Source: Candidatus Poribacteria bacterium
Lineage (GTDB): Bacteria; Poribacteria; WGA-4E; WGA-3G
Length of the DNA: 64,000 bases
NCBI GenBank assembly: GCA_965205015.1
Contig: OZ242029.1
Span: 5,152,001-5,216,000 of the forward strand
Direction of reading: 5' to 3'
Under the pieces are notes generated by a model, which saw only the letters and a list, made by a program, of their open reading frames with translations, was not told the DNA's origin and made no database searches. How positions within the stretch are numbered: the stretch's first letter is position 1; the number at the start of each line of letters is the position of its first letter. Made by a program: the position numbers and the translations under genes. This document shows, one piece after another, positions 52,204 through 62,293 of the stretch.

Positions 52204-52323
52204 TTATGTACCGCTGTTCTGTAAAAGTTCTTTCAATGCTGCTTTCTTTTTTTTCAGTCGTCGTTGTTGGCGTTGGCGGATTTGTGTCCTACGTCGGACC
52301 TGTCCGCTTTTACTTCGTGGCAT
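52204..52323 (-). CDS. Small highly basic 39-aa protein (not in the ORF track)
   Basis: MPRSKSGQVRRRTQIRQRQQRRLKKKKAALKELLQNSGT. Starts 4 nt after the upstream stop, with an AAGGGGG RBS. Confidence 0.6.
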   Translation of the reverse strand: MPRSKSGQVRRRTQIRQRQQRRLKKKKAALKELLQNSGT

Positions 52324-52327
52324 GACA

Positions 52328-53581
52328 TTACCCCCTTTCTTCGATTGTTTTGGCGAGATACATGACTGCCGATCGGCACTGTGCTTCTACCTCTGCCATT
52401 GCAAGCGTCAATTCTGCGCCTGAACGTGCGTGTAACTGCAACCGCTCTTCGGTAACCGTAATATAGCGTTCGTTTTCCACATCAACAAATTCAACCTTTT
52501 CTTCACTTTCATTCACCAAAGCGTAATTGGTAAGTCCGCCTTGTAGGGATGCGTCGCCTGTCCCCTCCTCAAAACGCTTCTGTATTGCCAAGCCGTTGAA
52601 GTTTTTATAAAGTGCCCGAGCGGGGAGTTCGTCAGGTGACACGACCGATTCCACTATTGCTGAGGCAAGTGTGCCGGGACGCGTGGCTGGATCTAAAGGT
52701 AATGCAGAAGTCTCCTCAGGAAGCGGTACAGCATTTTCCGGGTCGGGTATTTTGATATGTGCTGGGTCGAAATCGGACGCAACCGATTCTGTTAAGCCGA
52801 CTTCGGCGTCCTCTCCGTTGTGGGGTTCCGGGGTTTGTCCAGTATCTGAAAAGACAGGAATCGCTTGAGACTCATACGCTTCTGAGTCTTCGTATTCCAG
52901 GACGTTAGAAAGAATCTCTTTAACCTCTTCATGCCTATCAATAATCAGATCCGGTTCTTCCACGAGTATCCGTAGGGTTTCAATACCGATACTTTGGATC
53001 AGCGGGTGGAACGTTAGTATGTCCGGCGGCGCTGCCTCAAAGAGCGAACGGGTAACATAAGCGACCTCGGCGAGGTCGCGGTTCCCTATTAGTTTTAGGC
53101 GTTTTTCACATGCCGTGAGTGCTTGTACTAATTGTTGCATGAAATCGGGTGTAACGAGGTGTGGGAGCACTTCAACCCGAAAATGCTCACATGCACGTTC
53201 CGCTTCCGGTAAAGGATTCGGTGCCTCTTCACTCGCGACGTCTTCATCCATTACAATCGTTAGATGCGTGAGGTCTTCTTCAAATTCATCTACGTCTGTT
53301 TCATCTACGTCTGTTTCATCTGCTTGGTAATTATCGAGGACTTCCGTCACGCGTGTATACATCAGTTCAAAGTCGAAAAGAATGCCTTCAAGTTCAGGTT
53401 CATTGAGAAGTTTTCGACTCTGTGAGATACAGGCGTGCAAATGCGCTTCTTCTGACTTTGCGTAGGGGAGTCTACGTTGTTTTTCGAGAGCAAGTTGTTT
53501 TTGCCTAAATTTCCGGTCGCGGTTTCGTTTTTCGCGCTTCCGTGCCACATTTATGGAGCGGCGTCCCTTTTTCTTTGCCAT
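52328..53581 (-). CDS. Hypothetical protein with basic N-terminus and acidic body
   Basis: 417-aa ORF; divergent promoter TTGACA-17-TATACT near 53691-53719. Confidence 0.8.
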   Translation of the reverse strand: MAKKKGRRSINVARKREKRNRDRKFRQKQLALEKQRRLPYAKSEEAHLHACISQSRKLLNEPELEGILFDFELMYTRVTEVLDNYQADETDVDETDVDEFEEDLTHLTIVMDEDVASEEAPNPLPEAERACEHFRVEVLPHLVTPDFMQQLVQALTACEKRLKLIGNRDLAEVAYVTRSLFEAAPPDILTFHPLIQSIGIETLRILVEEPDLIIDRHEEVKEILSNVLEYEDSEAYESQAIPVFSDTGQTPEPHNGEDAEVGLTESVASDFDPAHIKIPDPENAVPLPEETSALPLDPATRPGTLASAIVESVVSPDELPARALYKNFNGLAIQKRFEEGTGDASLQGGLTNYALVNESEEKVEFVDVENERYITVTEERLQLHARSGAELTLAMAEVEAQCRSAVMYLAKTIEERG

Positions 53582-53751
53582 GATAATCTTTTTCGTTATT
53601 TTAAGGTAGCTACTGAGTGAACTTTTTCGGGCTTTTTAGATTCCGAACGTAGGTTAACACCAAGTTTAGCGTGCTATGCGTCATTAAACAAGTATATACC
53701 ATTACCAATTTATTGTCAAGTTTTAAATTTTTAACGCCTCTCGCTTAAAAC

Positions 53752-53780
53752 TTGACTCAATAGAAGTTTTGTGGTATTAT
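53752..53780 (+). promoter_or_regulatory. sigma70-type promoter TTGACT-17-TATTAT with extended -10
   Basis: Read directly. Confidence 0.6.
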
Positions 53781-53957
53781 ATTATATATTGTTAATTAAT
53801 TCCAGATTGCCACTTACCAAATTTTAGGGAAGATGGCAGTTTCGGTTGTTAATTAAGGTTATATTTTTTTAACGTGAAGTGTGGGGTGTCCCATTCTACG
53901 TTTTTGTGTTTATTATATTAAGAGTAGGTTTATAGTAAAACCAAGAGGAGGAATTCT

Positions 53958-56660
53958 ATGTATTGTCGTAAATACATTAAACCTATCGTCTTAGCCCTCA
54001 GCATTTTTGTAGGCGTTTTGATGTGTGCGTTTACGGCGGTTATAGCGGACGAACATGCTGAAGAAGCAGCGGCAGCGGAGGCCACGGACGAGGCTGAAGC
54101 GTCTGAGGAAGCATCTGAGGCGGCGTCTGAAAGTGCGGCTCCTGTGAGGCTTGAGAGTCTTGTTGTTGTGGGTAGCCGTGCGCAGCCACGTTCTGTCTTG
54201 GATTCGGCAGTCCCGATTGATATTGTGTCAAATGAAGCTTTTGAGAAGCAGGGCGGCGCGGATCTACCGGATCTACTGAGAACTTTGGTGCCATCTTATA
54301 ACGTCAATACGCAACCGATTAGCGATGCGTCAACAGTCGTACGTCCGGCGAATTTACGGGGACTTGCCCCAGACCATACGCTGGTACTGGTTAACGGTAA
54401 ACGGCGACACCGTGCCGCAGTGATTCACTGGCTCGGAAACGGTTTGTCTGATGGTTCACAGGGACCTGACCTGGCACCTATTCCCGCAATTGCTCTGCAA
54501 CAGGTAGAGGTCCTCCGTGATGGCGCCTCCGCACAATATGGGTCGGACGCTATTGCGGGTGTGATGAATTTTCGATTGAAAGACAACTACGAAGGCGGTT
54601 CGATTGAATTTAAACCCGGTATCTACCAATACGGCGACGGTCGACAGTTTGCTGTCGCAGGGAATATCGGTTTAGGGAATCCAGACGCCTGGAGTAACCT
54701 CAGTTTTGAATACGGTGGCGCAGATCCGACCATCCGGTCTATCCAACGTAATGATGCCATATCCTTGATTAACGCAGGCAATTTCAGTGTGAAAGACCCG
54801 GCGCAAATTTGGGGACAGCCGATTATAGAGAATGACATCAAACTCTTCGCCAACTACGGTGCCTCCATCACGGATAGCATCGACTTCTATGGACATGCCA
54901 ACTACGCACGTAAGCGGGTTGAAGGTGGGTTCTATTTCCGTAACCCGAATACCCGCGGCGGTGTGTTTAGTACGACGGGTGGCAAGACGTTGCTCGTTGG
55001 GGATATGCGGGGTTTGACAGCTGAGATGACGGCGTGGGAAGCCCGAAAGCAGGCAGCGGAGGCTGCCGGGCAGGAGTTTACCGAACTGTCGCCTCACGAT
55101 GCTGACGATATCCCGATAACCAATCACGTTCCTGATTCCACACGGTTGCAAGCCGTCAAGAATGACCCGAATCTATTCACATTCCAAGAGATGTTCCCAG
55201 GCGGATTCACACCCAGATTTGGTGCATTCATGTGGGATAGTTCCGTCGTCGTTGGCGTTAAAGGCACTGCTCTGGAAGAGGCATTAGGCAAACCCTTAAC
55301 GTGGGATGTGAGTGGTTCTTTTGGACGGAATCATGCTGATTTCTTTATCTTCAACACTGTTAATGCTTCACTCGGACCCGATACACCGACATATTTTGAT
55401 CCGGGTGACTATATCCAGACGGATTATAACCTCAACTTCGATGTAGCGTATCCGTTGCACGATATGGTGTTCCTCGCTTCGGGTTTGGAATATCGGGACG
55501 AAGGCTTTGAAATTATAGAGGGCGAACGCGAGTCGCATCAGATCGGGCCCCTCGCAGCGCAAGGCTTCACGGCTGCCTCCAACGGATTTTCGGGGTTCAG
55601 CCCAGTTGCGGCAGGCACGTGGCACCGTTACAACGTTGCGGCGTATCTGGAAACTGAAATCAGACCGATTGATCCGCTCCTGATCGCGCTGGCTGTGCGC
55701 GGTGAACAATTTGAGATTTTCGGTGGCACCCTGAACTACAAAGCCGCTGTAAACTACAAGGTTACAGAAACGATGCGGTTACGGGGAAGTTATAGTACCG
55801 GGTTCCGCGCACCGACGCCCGGGCAGCAAAATACGTTCAACATTACCACTGAATACGATTTTGCGAAGGGTGATCTCGTGAATAAGGGAACAATTCCTTC
55901 CACCAACCCTGCTGTCGGTGTTGTGACAGGTAAGGAAGATAACTCGCTTGACCCGGAAACATCAAATAACTTCACAGGTGGATTTACCGTTGATATTTTG
56001 GGTGTAAATTTCACGATGGACTTTTTTGATATTCGGCTGAAAAACCGGTTATCGGTGTCCCAACACTTTACATTGACCGATTCGCAGAAGGCGCAGCTCA
56101 TCGCCGCAGGTGTAACCAGTGCGGCGAATCTGGAAACATTCCAGTTCTTTATCAATGACTTCGCTACGACAACCAATGGTATTGACTTTGTCATTACAGC
56201 ACCAATACCCAACGGAAACCTCATCGCCGTGTATAACTTCACGAACACCACAGTTACCGATCACAATCCGGACACGCTGGACGATCATCGAATCAGGGAA
56301 CTGCAAGAGAATTTACCCGCACACCGCGCCAGTTTGACTGCCGTTCAATCCATAACGGATGCCTGGGGAGTCCTCGGGCGCGCCAGTTATTTCAGCGGTT
56401 GGTTCGATTCTGAAGATTACTTACAGAATCCAGATGTGCCAGGCACTGGAGAATACACTGGAAGGGTTATTTTCGACTTGGAAACTACTTACACCGTGGG
56501 CGGCGGATTGGCGCTCACGCTCGGTGGAAGAAATATCCTGAATACCTATCCCGATGAAAATCCGAATGGTGCTGATTCTGTTGGCAACAAATACGGGCAG
56601 TTCAGTCCGTTTGGGTTTGATGGGGCATACTGGTATGCCAAAGTCGGATACAGTTTCTAA
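53958..56660 (+). CDS. TonB-dependent receptor
   Basis: Signal peptide; TonB box LESLVVVGSR; plug LRGL..DHTLVLVNGKR and VEVLRDGASAQYGSDAIAGV; terminal aromatic beta strand ending in F. Confidence 0.97.
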   Translation: MYCRKYIKPIVLALSIFVGVLMCAFTAVIADEHAEEAAAAEATDEAEASEEASEAASESAAPVRLESLVVVGSRAQPRSVLDSAVPIDIVSNEAFEKQGGADLPDLLRTLVPSYNVNTQPISDASTVVRPANLRGLAPDHTLVLVNGKRRHRAAVIHWLGNGLSDGSQGPDLAPIPAIALQQVEVLRDGASAQYGSDAIAGVMNFRLKDNYEGGSIEFKPGIYQYGDGRQFAVAGNIGLGNPDAWSNLSFEYGGADPTIRSIQRNDAISLINAGNFSVKDPAQIWGQPIIENDIKLFANYGASITDSIDFYGHANYARKRVEGGFYFRNPNTRGGVFSTTGGKTLLVGDMRGLTAEMTAWEARKQAAEAAGQEFTELSPHDADDIPITNHVPDSTRLQAVKNDPNLFTFQEMFPGGFTPRFGAFMWDSSVVVGVKGTALEEALGKPLTWDVSGSFGRNHADFFIFNTVNASLGPDTPTYFDPGDYIQTDYNLNFDVAYPLHDMVFLASGLEYRDEGFEIIEGERESHQIGPLAAQGFTAASNGFSGFSPVAAGTWHRYNVAAYLETEIRPIDPLLIALAVRGEQFEIFGGTLNYKAAVNYKVTETMRLRGSYSTGFRAPTPGQQNTFNITTEYDFAKGDLVNKGTIPSTNPAVGVVTGKEDNSLDPETSNNFTGGFTVDILGVNFTMDFFDIRLKNRLSVSQHFTLTDSQKAQLIAAGVTSAANLETFQFFINDFATTTNGIDFVITAPIPNGNLIAVYNFTNTTVTDHNPDTLDDHRIRELQENLPAHRASLTAVQSITDAWGVLGRASYFSGWFDSEDYLQNPDVPGTGEYTGRVIFDLETTYTVGGGLALTLGGRNILNTYPDENPNGADSVGNKYGQFSPFGFDGAYWYAKVGYSF

Positions 56661-56697
56661 ACCTATCTCCTGAAAAGTACTGAATATGCTTTTCACA

Positions 56698-56726
56698 ATA
56701 GGCGCGGTTTCCTACCGCGCCTTTTC
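56698..56726 (+). terminator. REP-derived hairpin/terminator
   Basis: AGGCGCGGT-TTCCT-ACCGCGCCT followed by a short T run. Confidence 0.6.
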
Positions 56727-56947
56727 ACTATTATATAACCTACAGTTGCCACCTTGGCATGACAGGCACCTATCGCATTTTGATGAAAATCGGCATGCAA
56801 TTAAAAGCCCTGTTATCAGCACTGTCAAAGATGGAAAGACACAGTTCCATCAATTTATTTTTCCGTAATACTTGCAATTATAGGTCTATTGTACGTATAC
56901 GACTCCCGCTCCAGCGGAGCGGTATATCTATAGAGGGGTAAATTGAC

Positions 56948-57784
56948 ATGAGTAATCAGAACCGAGACGCAGAATATACAATGGGCCGCAGCCAAGAGGA
57001 AACGGAACGCTTAATCGAGCAATCACAACTCTATGACGATGTGACACGACGTTTTTTCCTCAGAAGCGGTATCGCCAACGGAATGAAAGTCCTTGATGTT
57101 GGGAGTGGCGCTGGCGATGTGGCACTCACACTCGCCGAATTTGTCGGACCTGAAGGCGCAGTTGTTGGCGTAGATGTCAATCCTGATGTTCTCAAAACAG
57201 CACAAGACCGAGCGGATGCCGCAGGTTTTTCAAACGTTGAATTCATCGCGGGTGATGCCCGAACCCTTGAGCTTCCAAACGATTTTGATGCAGTCGTCGG
57301 TAGACTCGTCCTGCTGTATATGGCAGACCCGGCGGAGGCACTTAAAAAGTTGGTTACCCATCTTCGCCGTGGCGGGATTATCGCCTTTCAGGATACTGAA
57401 CTCGCGCTCTACCAGACAGTGATACATCCGGATACACCTTTGATAAACCAGTTGGTTGAATGGGGGCTCACGGTGTTTGAACGTTCAGGGGCGCATCTCA
57501 ACATGGGGATGGAACTTTACCGGGTCTTCGTTGATGCAGGTTTGCCTGAACCGACTTTACACTTTGAAGCCCCCATGGGCGGTCCTGAGGGCTGGCCCGG
57601 ATTTGAATATCTCGCCAATAGTTTCCGAAGCCTCATTCCGCTCATGGAGGCGTATGGCATCGCCACAGCTGAAGATGTAGATATTGACACACTCGCAGAA
57701 CGAATACAGGCGGAGGTCACTACATCAAAACGCCCGCTTTTGTTGCCACCCCACATCACGGCGTATGCATCTCTACCGGCATAG
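56948..57784 (+). CDS. Class I SAM-dependent methyltransferase, copy 1
   Basis: ETERL, VLDVGSGAGD, FDAVVGRLVL. Confidence 0.92.
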   Translation: MSNQNRDAEYTMGRSQEETERLIEQSQLYDDVTRRFFLRSGIANGMKVLDVGSGAGDVALTLAEFVGPEGAVVGVDVNPDVLKTAQDRADAAGFSNVEFIAGDARTLELPNDFDAVVGRLVLLYMADPAEALKKLVTHLRRGGIIAFQDTELALYQTVIHPDTPLINQLVEWGLTVFERSGAHLNMGMELYRVFVDAGLPEPTLHFEAPMGGPEGWPGFEYLANSFRSLIPLMEAYGIATAEDVDIDTLAERIQAEVTTSKRPLLLPPHITAYASLPA

Positions 57785-57796
57785 ATGGTTCCACGC

Positions 57797-58657
57797 ATGG
57801 CGAAAAATAATTCAGAGACTTCACACACACCACATCGCGATGCCACCTATACATTAGGACGCACCTCACACGAAACAACGCGTCTCATGGAACAATCAAG
57901 AATCTATGGGGCGTCGACGCAACGTCTCTGTAGGCGAGCCGGTATAACGGAAGGGATGCGAATCCTTGAGATCGGTAGTGGGGCTGGTGATGTCGCCTTT
58001 ATGCTTGCTGAACTTGTCGGACCCACGGGACATGTCATTGGTGTAGATGTCAATGCCACAATTCTGGACACCGCACGCCAACGAGCAACCGATGCAGGCA
58101 TGCGGAACGTGGAATTTATTGCCGGCGATGCGCGGATGCTGACTTTCGCCGACCAATTTGATGCGATTGTTGGACGGTTTGTGTTGATGTATATGGCGGA
58201 TCCGAGGGAGGCATTCGCGACGCTCATAACCCATTTAAAGCCGGGCGGTATTGCCGCGTTTCAAGAGCCAGAATACACGCTCTATCCTGCGGTTTTACAT
58301 CCCGATACGCCGCTCATGAACCAACTGATTCAATGGATTTTGGAGGTGTTTGAACATTCAGGTGCACATCTTGACATGGGCTTTGGGCTGTATCGTGCTT
58401 TTGTTGATGCAGGTTTGCCGCCACCAATGATGCATCTTGAATCGCCTATCGGTGCCGCCGAAACTTGGGCAGGTTACCGTTATATGGCAACTATCTTTCA
58501 GAGTCTTCTGCCGCTCTTAGAGAAATACGGGCTTGCGACTGCAGAGCAGGTCGATGTGGAGACATTAGCCGCGCGGATCCGAGAAGAGGTTCTCGTATCG
58601 AAACGGCCGTTTTTCTTGCCGTTGCATATAACCGCACATGCGATACTTCCAACCTGA
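57797..58657 (+). CDS. Class I SAM-dependent methyltransferase, copy 2 (tandem paralog)
   Basis: ILEIGSGAGD, FDAIVGRFVL; colinear with copy 1. Confidence 0.92.
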   Translation: MAKNNSETSHTPHRDATYTLGRTSHETTRLMEQSRIYGASTQRLCRRAGITEGMRILEIGSGAGDVAFMLAELVGPTGHVIGVDVNATILDTARQRATDAGMRNVEFIAGDARMLTFADQFDAIVGRFVLMYMADPREAFATLITHLKPGGIAAFQEPEYTLYPAVLHPDTPLMNQLIQWILEVFEHSGAHLDMGFGLYRAFVDAGLPPPMMHLESPIGAAETWAGYRYMATIFQSLLPLLEKYGLATAEQVDVETLAARIREEVLVSKRPFFLPLHITAHAILPT

Positions 58658-58707
58658 AATTAAGGAACAGGTTGCGGGTTAAAGCCTCAAAAAATTGTGA
58701 TTTTGGG

Positions 58708-58736
58708 TTGATATACATATTGGAATGTGATATAAT
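58708..58736 (+). promoter_or_regulatory. rpsF operon promoter TTGATA-17-TATAAT (extended -10)
   Basis: Read directly. Confidence 0.7.
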
Positions 58737-58836
58737 TGTATTAACTAAAATTAAAGAATGGAATTCCATCTAATCTGTAATCATCCTTTTGATTCAATGG
58801 CGATTCACAGGTATCAGGTGGGGTTTACGTAATTAA

Positions 58837-58891
58837 TCTCTGCTCCCTGTTTTTGTTTCAAAAGCGGTGGAGCCATTAGTCCGAAGAGAGG
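58837..58891 (+). ncRNA. S6:S18 ribosomal protein leader
   Basis: CTCT-GCTCC-CTGTTTT...AAAAGCGG-T-GGAGC-CATTAGT-CCG-AAGAGAGG: a hairpin with an unpaired CCG just before the paired SD, directly upstream of rpsF. Matches the known S6:S18 leader architecture. Confidence 0.75.
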
Positions 58892-58900
58892 CATAAAAAT

Positions 58901-59335
58901 TTGAATCCTTACGAATTGTTGCTGATCATTACGCCCGACCACGATGAAAACGAAGCAGAGGCTCTTACGAATCAAGTAAGGGGCATTATTGAAGGTGGCG
59001 GGACTCTCCTGAAGGTTGATCCTTGGGGAAAAAAACGACTCGCTTATCCCATCCGGAAACGGAATGAAGGCTATTATGTGCTCTACATTTTTGAGTGCGT
59101 CCCGAGTTTCGTTGCCGAGTTAAATCAATCCTTGCATGTTATTGAAGCGATTTTGCGGTATATGATCGTTCAATGCGAGGATGATATTGAGAAGTTGAAA
59201 GCTGAACTCACCCCTGAGGCGGCCAAGGTCGAAGAATCAACGCCGGATACGGAATCAGCGTCGGGTGATAAGGCAGCGGCTGAAAATACAATAGATGATG
59301 ACGCAGCGGCTGAAGATACAACAGCGTCTGCCTGA
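58901..59335 (+). CDS. rpsF: 30S ribosomal protein S6 (TTG start, acidic tail)
   Basis: YELLLII.P, WGKKRLAYPI, EGYY, ILRYMIV. Confidence 0.97.
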   Translation: MNPYELLLIITPDHDENEAEALTNQVRGIIEGGGTLLKVDPWGKKRLAYPIRKRNEGYYVLYIFECVPSFVAELNQSLHVIEAILRYMIVQCEDDIEKLKAELTPEAAKVEESTPDTESASGDKAAAENTIDDDAAAEDTTASA

Positions 59336-59420
59336 AAGAAGCGTCATCCAAATTTTAAACCAACTTTTGGCGTGTAGGCTCCCTCAAAAGGTCTGAGCCT
59401 ACGCATAAAAAGGAGCAACC

Positions 59421-59891
59421 ATGGCAAGTTACAACAAGGTTATCCTGATGGGAAATCTCACTCGGGATCCTGAAGTGAAATTCCTGCCGAGTGGAACAGC
59501 CATCGCGAATTTTGGATTGGCTATGAATGAAAGTTACACCGATCAGCAGACGGGTGAACGAAAAGACATTCCCTGTTTTGTTGATATAGAAGCATGGGGT
59601 AGGCAGGCGGAAATAGTGGGTGAATATTTCAGTAAGGGCAGACCGATTCTGATTGAAGGTTCCCTCAGATATGATTCCTGGGAAGCTGAAGATGGCACGA
59701 AGCGGAACCGTCTGAAAGTCCGCCTGCAGCGGTTTCAATTTGTTGGGAGACGTGAGGACAACGAGGCGGGCGGCGGCTACACCGATGCCCAACCCGCAGC
59801 TGCATCAGGACAGGCGGCATCTTATCAGGAGGCACCTGCTCCCACTGTGAGTGACGCGTCTTCCACAACAGAGGACGATATTCCGTTTTAA
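59421..59891 (+). CDS. ssb: Single-stranded DNA-binding protein
   Basis: NKVILMGNLTRDPE; C-terminal DDIPF. Confidence 0.98.
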   Translation: MASYNKVILMGNLTRDPEVKFLPSGTAIANFGLAMNESYTDQQTGERKDIPCFVDIEAWGRQAEIVGEYFSKGRPILIEGSLRYDSWEAEDGTKRNRLKVRLQRFQFVGRREDNEAGGGYTDAQPAAASGQAASYQEAPAPTVSDASSTTEDDIPF

Positions 59892-59899
59892 GTAAGCAA

Positions 59900-59993
59900 T
59901 AGCGGTCGGTGATCAGCAGTCGGCAGTCAGTAAGAGAGGTTTGTTAGATGAAAATCTCCCTTCTGATAGCCGAAGGCTGACAGCCGAATGCCG
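59900..59993. repeat. Heptamer-based long hairpin element
   Basis: (TCGG/TCAG)-containing heptamers, AAGAGAGG...CTCCCTT, then complementary CTGA/CCGA heptamers. Confidence 0.6.
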
Positions 59994-60016
59994 CAAAAAA
60001 AAGGAACAGAATTGAT

Positions 60017-60217
60017 ATGGCATTCCGTCGCAGGCAGCGCTATCATAAAATAGAATCTTTCGATTACAAAGATGTTGATATGCTGCGAAAGTTTATTAAT
60101 GAACGTGGCAAGATTGTGAGTCGCCGAGTCACTGGACTATCGGCGAAGCAACAACGTATGGTAACACGGGCAGTCAAGCGTGCCCGTAGTATGGCACTAT
60201 TGCCGTTTACGCGATAG
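60017..60217 (+). CDS. rpsR: 30S ribosomal protein S18 (no zinc cysteines)
   Basis: [26 protein letters not shown]....AVKRAR.MALLPF. Confidence 0.97.
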   Translation: MAFRRRQRYHKIESFDYKDVDMLRKFINERGKIVSRRVTGLSAKQQRMVTRAVKRARSMALLPFTR

Positions 60218-60300
60218 CGGTAGGGATTCAGACACGGACAATGGGTGTCCCTATGAAGGATGGATTTTTTTTCGAAAAATCCAAACTGAAAACTTTTCTA

Positions 60301-60391
60301 CCGTAGCCCGTAATGAAATGGAGGGCGGATCTCAGGAACGCACGTAAAATATCCAAATTCACGTCGTTTCTCCGCAAGGTATAATTAAAAA
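60301..60391 (+). repeat. Start-codon-abutting dispersed element, copy B (upstream of rplI)
   Basis: CCGTAGCCC...GGGCGG + 43 nt + CCGCAAGGTATAATTAAAAA-ATG. Confidence 0.8.
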
Positions 60392-60838
60392 ATGGAAGTC
60401 ATTCTAAAAGAAAGTGTTGAAGGTCTCGGGCTACCGGGCGATGTACTGAAGGTTGCAGATGGCTACGCACGTAACTATCTGCTTCCCATGCAGTTAGCCG
60501 TGCATGCCACGGAACGAAACCGTCGACACTTAGAGCACCAGAAACGGGTCATTGATCATCAAGAGACGAAGAATAAAGAACGGGCACGTGAAATCGCCGG
60601 ACAGATGGCGGGGGTCACATGTACACTGAGCAGACGTGCTGGTGAAAATGATCGTCTCTTCGGGTCAGTTACCTCTATGGATATCGCAGAAAATTTACGA
60701 ACGCAGGGGTTCGATTTGGAACGACGGTTTTTTGAACTCGCAGAGCCGATTCGTGAACTCGGTGTCTTCATGGTACCTATCAAATTGTATACAGACGTTG
60801 TCGTCGAACTCCGCGTTGTCGTTGAGCGTGAAGCGTAA
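60392..60838 (+). CDS. rplI: 50S ribosomal protein L9
   Basis: MEVIL, GLG..GD...V.DGYARNYLLP, LFGSVT. Confidence 0.98.
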   Translation: MEVILKESVEGLGLPGDVLKVADGYARNYLLPMQLAVHATERNRRHLEHQKRVIDHQETKNKERAREIAGQMAGVTCTLSRRAGENDRLFGSVTSMDIAENLRTQGFDLERRFFELAEPIRELGVFMVPIKLYTDVVVELRVVVEREA

Positions 60839-60840
60839 TT

Positions 60841-62172
60841 ATGCAGGCACAACTGGTTGACTCCCTCTCTGACAAGGAAGCTGAACAAGCCGTCTTGGGC
60901 GCGATGATGACCGAGAAATCAGTTATTCCGCCAGTAATCACCAAGCTCGGCCAGACCGCTGATGTGTTTTTCACTGTAGACCATCAGTTGATCTATTCAG
61001 TGATCCTTGCTGTATATGACCGGGTTAGCAGTGCGGATCCCCTTCTTGTTGCTGATGAATTGAAACGGAGGGACCAGTTGAATCGCGCAGGGGGAACGGA
61101 GTACTTATACGAACTACAGGCGCCAATTGTAGAGACCGAGAGTACGGAGTTTTACGCAGATATCCTATATGAAAAGGCGACGCGCCGTCGATTAATTCGA
61201 GCGACCGCTGAGATTCGCGAGATGGCGTACGACGAAAGTGTAGAAATCGTTGAAGTGCTGAATCAATCACAGGAAGCGGTTTTTGATCTGAGTCAGTCAG
61301 ATACCCAACGCGGGTTTGTCGCTATCCACTCCTTACTCACAGAGAGTCTGAGTGCGGTTGAACGTTTGTATCACAAAAAGAGTAGATATTTAGGCGTGCC
61401 AACCGGTTTTATGGATTTTGACCATCTGACATCCGGGCTGCAACCCGGTAATCTTATTATCATTGCTGCTCGACCGAGCATGGGAAAAACGACCTTGGTG
61501 CTGAACATCGCACAAAACATCTCCCTTGAACAAAAGCGTCCCGTCGCCATTTTTAGTCTTGAGATGCCGTCCCAGGATATCGCTATGCGAATGTTAGCCA
61601 CCGAATCCCGAATTGATTTTAAACGGCTCCGAACCGGTAACTTCGGTGAAGAGCATTGGAGACCTTTGACCGAAAGCGCAAGTCGATTGGCAGAAGCCCC
61701 GGTCCTCATTAACGATAATCGGGGTCTTACCGTTCAAAGTTTACGCGCCGAGGGCCGACGCTTAAAAGGCGAACACAGCAATCTGGCACTCATTATCGTT
61801 GATTACCTGCAACTCTTGAGAGGGACGGGTAGATATCATTCGCGTGAACAGGAGATTTCTGAAATTTCACGCGCTTTGAAAATCCTTGCTTGGGAACTGA
61901 ATGTTCCGATTATCGCGTGTTCGCAATTGAGTCGTGAGATTGAGCGGCGTCCTGATAAACGTCCGCAACTTTCAGATTTACGGGAGTCCGGGGCAATCGA
62001 ACAGGATGCCGATCTCGTCGCCTTTTTACACCGGGATGATTATTACGAAGATGAAGATATCGCAGAGAGGGTTGAAGCCTTCATCATGATTAAGAAACAA
62101 CGGAATGGACCGACTGGCGTCGTCCCTCTCTTTTTTACAAAAAATCAGATGCGGTTTGAGAACCCCAGTTAG
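60841..62172 (+). CDS. dnaB: Replicative DNA helicase
   Basis: EAEQAVLG, AARPSMGKT, IVDYLQL, SQLSR, DLRESGAIEQDAD, KQRNGPTG. Confidence 0.98.
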   Translation: MQAQLVDSLSDKEAEQAVLGAMMTEKSVIPPVITKLGQTADVFFTVDHQLIYSVILAVYDRVSSADPLLVADELKRRDQLNRAGGTEYLYELQAPIVETESTEFYADILYEKATRRRLIRATAEIREMAYDESVEIVEVLNQSQEAVFDLSQSDTQRGFVAIHSLLTESLSAVERLYHKKSRYLGVPTGFMDFDHLTSGLQPGNLIIIAARPSMGKTTLVLNIAQNISLEQKRPVAIFSLEMPSQDIAMRMLATESRIDFKRLRTGNFGEEHWRPLTESASRLAEAPVLINDNRGLTVQSLRAEGRRLKGEHSNLALIIVDYLQLLRGTGRYHSREQEISEISRALKILAWELNVPIIACSQLSREIERRPDKRPQLSDLRESGAIEQDADLVAFLHRDDYYEDEDIAERVEAFIMIKKQRNGPTGVVPLFFTKNQMRFENPS

Positions 62173-62174
62173 AT

Positions 62175-62280
62175 GGCTGTCAGCACGCGACGCTTTCAGT
62201 TCGGTTTTCAGTTAAGAGGTATTTTGCCGAAATCAGAACCCTCTTTTAACCGATAACTGACAACTGACAACTGGTAACGA
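62175..62280. repeat. Heptamer-based long hairpin element
   Basis: TTTCAG..TTTTCAGTTAAGAGG...CCTCTTTTAACCGATAACTGACAACTGACAACTG. Confidence 0.6.
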
Positions 62281-62293
62281 TTACACTAAAAAT

